From the NCBI RefSeq assembly GCF_003704095.1, contig NW_020847757.1:1-64000 (forward strand): a stretch of DNA of 64,000 nt, written 5' to 3'. The DNA is from Pocillopora damicornis. Lineage: Eukaryota. The translations under genes were made by a program, and so were the position numbers. The notes beneath the pieces were generated by a model, which saw only the letters and a list, made by a program, of their open reading frames with translations, did no database searches and was not told the DNA's origin. Positions 54,550-64,000 of the stretch are shown here, piece after piece; position 1 is the first letter of the stretch, and each line of letters starts with the position of its first letter.

Positions 54550-56677
54550 ATGGAGCTGCTTCAAGCACATGGAATTGAAAATTTTCACATTTCGGGTGAG
54601 AATATAAAATTTTGCTAAATATTCGTGCTGTACTCTTGCGAACTGCCCGTCCACACATGGGGCGGTCAATTCAAAATAATAATTTACATCCGATAAAACA
54701 ACAGTTTTCAATGGGGTACATTTTGCACTGGTATGAACGAAAATGAAACTGTCACTCGTGTTTAAAATTATTTTGGTGATGAGTTGAATGAAATATCGCC
54801 ATCCGACGAGCTTGAAAAACCCTCCGGATCAAAGTCCTTTACTACATTAGGATATTCCTGGTAATTTTTTTTAGCTGCAGTCAGGTATAACGTGGTGCGT
54901 GCATTGTTACATCAGAGCGCGAGCCTTATTTTAAGGACAGCCCTACGTTTATGTTGTATCAAAGTGTAAATCTCTTATAGTCTTTTAACCAATGTCTGTG
55001 GCGAAAGATTTTACTTAATAAAATTAATATATTGCATCAACTTTGTCTCAACAAAGTTTTAATGGTTAACATGGCAAAAAAACCGCGTAACTAAAAGGCA
55101 GAACACCTTTACACGGTACTCTTAAATTGTGGCATGGTAGTTAACAAAAATTTGGTCATTGTCGAAGTAGTTCTGAAGAATTCTGAAGAATTCTGACCTG
55201 AGGAAGGAAATACGCCCCTCCATCTCTTTCTCAATGAAGCAAAGTTTAACAAAACACTTTCAGGTTTACAACAATAGACCAAGTTCGTTTGAAACAATTT
55301 CCAAAATCATGTGGCATTTGTTACTTAAGAGTATGGAACGTATTTCCATTTGAACCGGAGAACAGTTTTCTACAAGTTCCTTAGAAGTTTGTAATTAATT
55401 ATTTCAGACAGAGGGTATAACAGTAGTGTCCATTCCTGACCCTCAGTGTAGAAGTGCTGCTTGTGGGCGGTTTCTTTGCGTGTTCAGTTTTGTGAAAAGT
55501 TGGGAACAACACTAGCAGTTACAGAGGACGACGCGGCTGACGCAATTCAGAATGTTCTTACATGATAATGTTTTATTGAATCTCAGTACAATACAGAGCT
55601 ACTTATCACAGCCACACCTAGCTGATTCATATTTGCGCTGTTGCCTCTTCGGTGCTCTTATTTCAATGTCCAAAGTTAATGTGCTCACCTACTTTTATCT
55701 TCAATTCAACAGAGAAGAACATGTCCGGGTTTGATGATGACGAAGACAGCGGTTTAAGCTCATCTCCTTCCTCTCCCGGTGTAGCGGACAATGAAAGCGA
55801 TCCACAGTTGTTTGGATTTGAAAATGAATTGAGTTCGAATCTTGTGGATGCCCTCAACACGTGCCTCTTTGACGGCGAATTTCCCAGTAAACTGTATACT
55901 CACATAAAGATCAAAGAGGACGGCGACGATGAGCCCTGGCAAAACGTTGCCTTTCCGGGTCAGCTTAGACACGATGTAGCTTCGCAATCACTCGGTAATT
56001 TATCCAGTTTATCGAGTGATTTCTTTGAGGAACCTTTCAAGTTATTGGACGATTTATTTGAGCCTTCAACTAGTGGAAAAGTCGACTATGAACGGTCAGG
56101 AAAACTGCCGTATCTCACTGAGGATAGTTTGAAGGAACCATGCCCTGATTACTCGTCGAATGATACTACTGACACTATTACGAACATTGTCGAAGAGCCA
56201 GCGATCGAAGTCGTTTGTTCTTCGGAAGATATTCGACGGAACTCACTTAAGCGCAAACTCAGAACTCGCAACAAAATCAGTGTTATCACTGATCACAACT
56301 ACGTGAAACCGTTAGATGCAGCTGCTGAGGCTAACAGTGAGTTCGGTGATGATGATAAGATTACAGTGTCTGAAGATACAGAAGCGGAAGAGGAAGAAGA
56401 TGATGACGACGAGGATTTTCAGCCAACTTGTTCAGCAAAGAAATCACGCCGCGCCTCTCCAAACCCTAGCACAGGTAGAGACCAAAAGTACTGGGAACGA
56501 AGGAAAAGGAATAATTTGGCGGCAAAACGATCACGCGAAGCTAAACGAGCCCGCGAAATTGCGGTCGCCAAAAAGACTTCAACCCTAGAAAAAGAGAACA
56601 ATACTCTGAGAAGGCAGGTTCAGAGACTGAAAGCGGCAATCTCTAAAGCTGAGAAAAAACTGCGCGCTATGGTGTAA
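54550..56677 (+). CDS. PAR-type bZIP transcription factor B (TEF/HLF/NFIL3-like)
   Basis: Main exon 55713-56677 encodes RDQKYWERRKRNNLAAKRSREAKRARE plus zipper TLEKENNTLRRQVQRLK. A candidate in-frame first exon is 54550-54595 (MELLQAHGIENFHIS, G|GTGAGA, phase 1). The alternative start is the ATG at 55721. Confidence 0.88.
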
Positions 56678-59573
56678 CAATGTTAGTCACTTTTAGAAGG
56701 ACATATGAGTATATTTTCTCCCAATTTGCTCGTTACGTTGCGTTTTATTAAAAGGAAATTGCGTTCCATATTAGTTCAATATTCTTTCAGGATGTAAAGA
56801 TTAGTTATTCTCAGCGCTATAGTTTATGTATTCATCATGAAAAATTCATTCTTAATGCGTCAGGGAACGCTTGTCGTCTGTGAAACGCTTGGTGTAGTAT
56901 TCATGTTCAGATGTATCCTTCAATCCTGTGTAAATATATCGCGACTTTTGAACAGTATACGGGCTGGACTTTCTTTGACTCGTATTCCCATTTAAGGAAA
57001 ATTAAGGCTCAAAGCGCTAAAATCGTGGTTACATGCACGATTCAATTTCACTTGGTCAGAGAAAACTCCCTCTGTAAACCTGACTACTTGGCGAGGTAGG
57101 AATGTGGCAACCTCGCTTCCAGGTGTCGTGTTAACCTCGAGATGGTGAGATTGGTTGGGTTGAGAGAGATTAAAAGTATCTGATTCGAAGCACCAGAAAG
57201 GAACTTAAATCACGCTTCTAAATTTTAGATCTCGAGCACCTCTAACTGTATCGCTGGTAGCTAAATAGCCTTATTATTGGGGACGACAATTATGTTGAGT
57301 TAACAGACGGACTTGGAGTGAAACTGAGTAACGACAGTGCGAAGATAGCGCGGATCACAGCACTCGCAAGAAGCTTGGGTAAACCAAGCAGACACCATCT
57401 ATACCGGCTTTTTCCTCCTATCTATTCAGAGGAGACAATCCACTTGACCTTCCTTGTCTATCGTGCACTTTCCTTGTCGCTTGGTTCTGTGAAGCAAAAG
57501 CTTGCGCAGCGCTCCTCAGTAGTAGTTAATGAAGATGGAAACACTTGCGCAAGTTAGCTGGTTTGCTTTCAAGCAACTAATTAGTTTCGAAGTATATTGG
57601 CGCAGTACGGAACCCCAAATTTAAACTTCTACCAGAAAGTGGCTATATTATCGCGGCAAAATGCGCAAGGAGTTCGAAGTGCGTGGACGTCGGCACCGGC
57701 AAGCTTGAAGAATTTCATGCCAGGATTAATTTTACGTAACGTGGCAATTTTATAGAAGCTTCTGGTGTTCGGTCTTTTTGATAACTTTCCTAACCCAAGC
57801 ACAGTTTTTAACTGATAGGCTCAAAGTAGTTCAAAAAACAAAGTCACGGGTATTCCGGCCTTAACTCTTCGGTCAAGGAGAGAATCGCAAGCAAGGGTGC
57901 CGGCCGAACACCAATGACCAGGTCATTGTAACTCACTAAACAACTATTTCGCGAGGGAAAAACAAACAAACCAACAAACAAAGAGAGCAATTTCTGGGTA
58001 GCTATTTGTGTTTCGGATTTTGAAAAAACATTTGAAATAACACTGGGCCTTCAAAGAATAACTAATTTTGCCCTTTGTTTAAGAATCCTCTCAGTCTCTT
58101 TTCGGCCAATTTAAAAGTTTGCAGGTGAGATTTGTTGCTTTCCTCTAGAAAAATCTTTTCCGCTTAGCTTCCTAGTTTACGGCAAAACAATTTGTCTTGA
58201 AAAATCAACCTTTAAACAGGCAAAAATAACTTAGATATCCAGGTTAGCCAGCGTCCACCGTTGGATGCAAAACGGATCGAGAAGGAGCCAGACAATAAGG
58301 ACTTATGGGGGAAGATGGCGGAAGAGGATAGGCCGATACGCACTCCTCCTCCATTTTCAGAAGGAAGGTAAAATTCAAGCGGGCCGATTATCCTCCACTC
58401 TTTCTTTCCCTTTCTCCCTCTTACGAACCCTTTGACCCCTAGAAGTGACCAGCGTATGATTTCTCCTAACTTACACTTGCATCACCCCTGAATGAAACAT
58501 GAGAATTAAGGTATCGATCACTAACTAAAAAGCCTTTTAATGGTTAAAGAAATTCTTCTCGTTAAAATGTTCATTCTGATGTTAGGGTGTTAAGTGATCC
58601 AACTGCAAGTAAACAGCTTGGCCGAGGAAGGTCTGGGTTCAAGACAAGTACCCAGACTAGTGAATGGTTTCAGTTCGTTTACCGACAGAAATGACCAGAA
58701 ATGCACTTCTCTACGTTTTGAAAACACATTTTTTAATGAATGCTGTCAATCACCTCCTCAGCTTTTCCGACAAACATCTATTGTGCCTCGTGTGACTAGT
58801 GGGAAATTACATTGGTTTTGATTCTTTACGCACAAAGATTTTTCTAGAACTTTAAATAACGCACACCTCCACAAAGTGTTTAGGCATTTGCGGTTTCTCA
58901 TGCCTCAAGAAGTTTTGTTTCGTTTTTTTCATTTTGAGGTCTTGTAAGCAGCTTTTTGTGATGCTATATTTGCCTCGTTTCAATTTTTATTTCGAAAGGA
59001 AGCTCAACACGAGTTTCCTTTGCGTAAAACCAGCCACTCGCGTTAAGCGTGGGACGAGTGTTAAAAATCACGTTTTTGCTTCTTCAACACGCAATACCTC
59101 GTGAACTTTATGGTGTGAGGGCAGTGGTGCATGGTGAGTGGCATGATTAGTTCTCACAGGAGCTGTTCAACTTTGCATAAAATTTTGATAATTAAATCGC
59201 AATGAAAGCAAAAACAGGGGAAATTAGATCTAAAAAACAAGAGGACAGACGCTCCACGTAAAACTGTAACTTTGCATGATTTCCCAATTTGATTGAATAT
59301 CACTTGGGTTTAACCAAAAAGTCGATCTATCTTTCTCTTCCGATATCCAGGCTAGCTGAGCACGTTTAGCATGTTTAGGGCGAGAAAAACAAGAATCAAC
59401 CCCGGTTGCCGAGCGTTAACTGGATCTGGACGCGAGAAAACCCGTTTTTCAGAAAAATCCTGGGCGCTTTAAAGAAGCTTTGCGTAACTGTAATAGTTGC
59501 TCAACGTCGTTTGGTGTTAATTTTTTATAATGGAAACTATTCTTGTTCTCTGTGAAATTAAATCATGCAGCCG

Positions 59574-60483
59574 GTTACGTAACTGGTTCGCGGTATCGAG
59601 TTGTAGATGAGTATTCTTGCTTGGCCGAACTCACCAAACCAAATTTTTTTTGCGTGCGCGATTTCATTTGGAACCTATTGTTGCCACGCAATGTGCCCTC
59701 CAGGAACCACTGCTAAAGTGACCTCTTTAGCCTTTTTTGTGGCCAAAAAAAAAAGGTAAAAAAAAAAAAGAAAACCGCTAATATTGCGAAACTGGATCAA
59801 CCGATGTGGAAAGATCTTTGAATGACCTTAAGGTTCAAATTTTTTCCGTTTAGTCACGCATGCCACTTAGGGTCTTACGGTGGTCCGGTAAATGTGATTT
59901 TCGTAAGCCTAGCAATGCAAATTTTAAGGATTTGGAGCTCCTAAAAATATATGTTCTATCAATGCGGTTTTCTCTGCTGATTATTAATGTAAACCCCTGA
60001 AGAGACGGTTTTTTTGTGCGGGTTGCTATTTTTGTGAGAAATAATTGTGGTTGGCCCATCTTTAGGTTGCATGCTCCTGACACAAAATACAAAAACCGTA
60101 TCACGGTCTTTAAATCCGCAAAAAAGAAAATACTTTTGAATGAAATATCAAAGAAACCGTTTCATAGATGTTGGTCTCTGCAGGTTCGATCACCTTCGCC
60201 TAGAACATGGAGCCTAAAAAATTTTACCTCGGAAAAGTAAGACAAAACTAAATCTGCTTTTCGCAAGCGAAATCTGTGGTCAGGATTAAGAGCGATGTGA
60301 AATCCGAAAGAAAAACTTCAAACCACAATTTGGGTAAATTATAGAAATTCAGCCAAATCTTGGCCCACGAAATGTCAAAACAAGTTTGTCTGGGAGATAC
60401 TAACGGCGGAAACTAGATATTTGCTTATTTTGCCGTGAAACTACTGCACGTGAAATCACGTGTACGTCTTCGCTTGTGATTGG
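59574..60483. promoter_or_regulatory. Palindromic D-box and tandem E-boxes upstream of the Grainyhead-like gene
   Basis: GTTACGTAAC at 59574-59583, CACGTGaaatCACGTG at 60447-60462, and a reverse CCAAT (ATTGG) near 60479. Confidence 0.65.
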
Positions 60484-61138
60484 TCTAGCCGTTACGCCTG
60501 AGGAACTGGCACTAATTATCCCATGACGCGTATAGCAATGACGGAGCCAGGCAATAGGAAGAATCACTGGAGTAGGGACGATGAGCTACAATGAAAAATT
60601 CTCCATAATGTCGAATTTCTCGATGGTATCGACAATTTTTAAAAAAAAGATATTAGACTATATCTACTCTGATTTTCTGACAGCTAACTGGAATATCTTT
60701 ATGGCTATTTCTTCTTCTTAATGCATAGGATAAACATATCCCTACCCCCTACTGGTAGGGGATCGGAACTCCTGCTCAACCAGGTTTGCACTAAGAAGCC
60801 GTCGAGACTATCACCGTCAAGCGAGACCAGCATCGTGTGTTGTTATAACTTGTTTTTCGTTTCCAAAGATGTAGATTCAAATATATTTCGTAGCATTTCG
60901 TTTTCTTGGCAGAACATTACCAAAGCGTGAAACCTTCGAGAGCTTCAAGAGGCTGTGAAATAATTTTCTATCGGAGAAAGTCTTGTTTCATTTCGAGAGT
61001 TGTCAGTTCCGGGATAGTCGCGTTAAACAGTAGCTCAACGGGCCGTTGCTTTCGCTTATTTTTCCCTTTCTGGGAGCTGGAAAATCGATTTGAGGAGTTT
61101 GGTTGAGTTTTAATTGGACTGTAAAGGGTCCTCAGTGT

Positions 61139-61494
61139 ATGGATATGGTTGTCAAGATTATGCAGGCCCGCTTTCCCTCTCAATTTGACCAAGAAAAGTA
61201 CTCTACTCCTTTGTTTAAGAATTTACGGGAGAAGGCAAGGAAGAGAACTGCTCACGAAGCGTTTTCTAAAACTGCGGACGCCCTCGATGATCTTGAACTA
61301 GCTCCTAGGATTAAACGTGTCGTTCGGCGGCCACCGCCTGCCTTAACGATATATGTACGCAGAGAGAGCGAGAAAGCGTACAATGCTATAATGCTGGAAG
61401 AAGTAACAGTCGAGAGTTTAAAACTGGCGTTGTCTGAGAAGTACGGCACTCCGTCAGATTCAATCACGAGTTTCGCTCTTCGATGCAAAGAAGG
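61139..61494 (+). CDS. Coding exon with a Grainyhead/CP2 C-terminal (ubiquitin-like dimerisation) domain; the gene probably continues past the window
   Basis: LTIYVRRESEKAYNAIMLEEVTVESLKLALSEKYGTPSDSITSFALRCKEG resembles the GRHL C-terminus (LYVRKE.EEVFDALML..P.LKGL.EAIS.KY..P..I......CKKG). Donor GG|GTAAGT at 61494. In-frame TGA upstream at 61091. Confidence 0.75.
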
Positions 61495-64000
61495 GTAAGT
61501 TGAATTTAATCTCGTTAGAGAGTGGAGATTTCACGATCTTAGTCTTAAATCAAAAATGAAAGGCAGGAAGTGTGTACGAAGGGGAGTATCGAAGTTGTTT
61601 ATTTTTAGTATACTTACGCATGCTAGATGATCGTATGTGCACGAGTTTACGATATTTTCCCCTCGTGAGCTGTCGCTAGTTTTTGCTCGAAACAGCTGAC
61701 CGTGTTTAGTTTGTGTTAGAAGTCATTTTGCTTACTTTGTAGTTCAGTTCTGCAAGGTGAACTATTGAGACGTAAAAGATTTGCATTCTCTCCATATTAG
61801 TCGTAGCGAGTTTTGCGAAACAATAGATTCGATTTTCATTTATATTGCATACTTCAAGGGTTTTGAATTTATTCGAAAAATAAAGCATTAGTTCTCATCC
61901 TCCCTTTCAATTTACGAGGCGCTTCTGAAGCTTATTTTGCGTGTTTGCTGTCATGATTTTTATGGCGTATCTTTCGCTTCACTCACGTTTGCCGGCCTGG
62001 GTTAGCTCATAGTTCATGTTTCTTGGCACGTGGTAACTTGTTATTCCAGTTTCTAACCAGTTTTATTTACACCTCCATTCATTTCTTCGATCGATAAGTA
62101 TTTCTTTCAAATTCTGAGTTTGGCTTTTTGAAGGTTTTTCTTTTTTGTTAGTACTTTTGGTTCGACTGATTAAATCTTGTTTACTGTTGCATTTACTCGT
62201 CAAAGCTGATTGTCGTGTTGATCCGGTTGAAAGGAATGATTCCCAGAACTCGTTACCCTTGTCATGCTATTATATTCGCTTATGGCTTTGTTGTTGACGT
62301 TAATTGTAAATTATTTCATGAAAAAGGCTTTTATTTATCCTAATGAATCGTCGAGATTTTTATGTCAAGGGAGTGAAATCGTGACAGTGCAAGTTTTTTT
62401 TACTGTTGTTGTTTTTAATTCCATCAACAATAACTGACAACGAGATCTCGACGGGTTTTTTTGGAATGTTTCTTTTGAGAGTTCAAAGTTCGTTTGGTTT
62501 TGTGCATTGTTTAGGTGTTTGTGTTGTTATTTTCTAAGTGAAGGCCAACCATTTAATACAATTTCTAAATTATTGTCCCATAAATTTTCATCAAAATTTC
62601 ACGCTCACTTCAGTTCTTGGTCTTCAGATTTTAACAATTAACATTAAAAGTTTGTTTACAACGTCTAGCTATTTTGATTTTTCTTCTTAATGTGACAGTA
62701 GTTTTGTCTTCTTTTTTGTTGTGAACAAATTCCACATTTTGGAATACAGTAACTACGTTTTTAAAACTTCTTGAAGGGTTATACCCTCAGTATTTGCGTA
62801 GGGTAAGATTTGGAACTTTTTGGCCTTGTCTCAGCATGTTTGTGCTGACTATACAATAGTTTTCAATGAACCTCTTCCCTTGCTTCCTGCCTTTTATTGC
62901 AATTAGATATAAATTGTATTATTGGAAAATGCCAAAGTGATGTCTTTTCTACTCTGACAACAACACTGTTTTTGACATGTTGTTAAAATTTTTAAAATTT
63001 ACACTGTCATAATTTGGGAGATGTTAGTTTGCCCGGCAAATTGTTCTTGTTTCATGCAGTAGAAGAGTATCAGTTTGGTACAATAGTAAAAGTTATTTTT
63101 ACCTAGTGCTATTCACAGCATGGCTCATGTGACATGGCCATTTGGAAAAAAATGAAAAATATATGTATTTGCTTCTGCGATATTTCAAAGGAAGGTTGTT
63201 GTGGCTTATTTGACTTTTGTTTTCTTTGTGCCATTCTGTGAATAAGATCTGAATTAAAAGGGATTAATGGAGCAAGTTGGGGCTGTTTGTGTGCATATTT
63301 GTGGTTAATTGACTTAATAGTGCTAAACCATGAGTGTAATGGAATTAGTGTTGATGCTTAAATGTTTTAGTAAGCCATGTGTATAAGTCTGTTTGTCATT
63401 GTACTGTATTTTTAACATGTGTTTATTGACCGCTGGGGGTATTGGAAGGGTTGGAATGAGTAAATAGTACACATTTCAATATCCCACCATTTAATTTCTG
63501 ACTTTGTGATGCAACCCGACATGTATACTTAAATGTGTCCCACAAACAAGTATCATTGCACAAAGTAGCATTGACATGGACTTCATAAATGACAAACTGG
63601 GCAAATTCAATTAGGATGATCTGTTTTGTTTTGTGTCCCCATTGTTTTGAATTTCAAGGTTGCAGTCTGGCAGGTCATGCGCTAATTGGGATATTGACTT
63701 GTATAATTTATCCATGCTCAGTGGTATACTTTAATCTGGGAATATAATCCTTTTGATTGTTGCTGTTTTGATTGTAGCTAATGTTCCTCCTCAGTGCAAG
63801 GCTGACTGGTACAGTACACAGTTTGTTAGCTTTGATTTATGTTCCTTCACTGCATTTAGCATGGTTTACTCTAGTCCAAAAGTATGAAAATAAATTTCTA
63901 GTTATTAATATTTGGGCTGGGGTCACACTTACCCTGGCATCATTCCAAGCTGTGGCTCACAAACATTCTTCTTGCTGTTGACTGTATAACATAAACATAT

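Noticed and set aside
60581-60625. Upstream coding exon (MSYNEKFSIMSNFSM) for the Grainyhead-like gene
   Set aside because: The donor is weak (ATG|GTATCG) and the nearer strong acceptors (60683, 60912) lead to stops. It may be a uORF but cannot be supported as CDS.

Overview
This is AT-rich, intron-rich animal genomic DNA. The repeat content and gene set suggest an anthozoan, probably a scleractinian coral (inference). It holds four consecutive head-to-head gene pairs: CFAP97(-)/TDRD3(+), POT1(-)/CWF19L2(+), ETFDH(-)/TMEM184C(+), and two PAR-type bZIP transcription factors (-/+). These are followed by the start of a gene that appears to encode only the C-terminal dimerisation domain of Grainyhead/CP2. 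I rebuilt the exon chains by hand, checking splice sites and phase. The most notable region is 48.7-62 kb, a CpG-rich block with clustered E-boxes (CACGTG) and D-boxes (TTAYGTAA) around the bZIP pair and the Grainyhead-like gene, which suggests a physically linked clock/light-output module. Other oddities are a POT1 with an extra N-terminal OB-like region and no HJRL insertion, an in-frame TGA in CFAP97 exon 2, an RFX X-box in the CFAP97/TDRD3 promoter, and a TDRD3 with no evident UBA domain and a GC-AG intron. Repeats include abundant TTAA-flanked piggyBac-type MITEs, a fold-back tRNA-SINE nested in a MITE, and Penelope-like inverted repeats with decayed hammerhead cores. A 100-N gap hides at least one CWF19L2 exon. 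All family assignments come from recalled motifs; no database searches were run.
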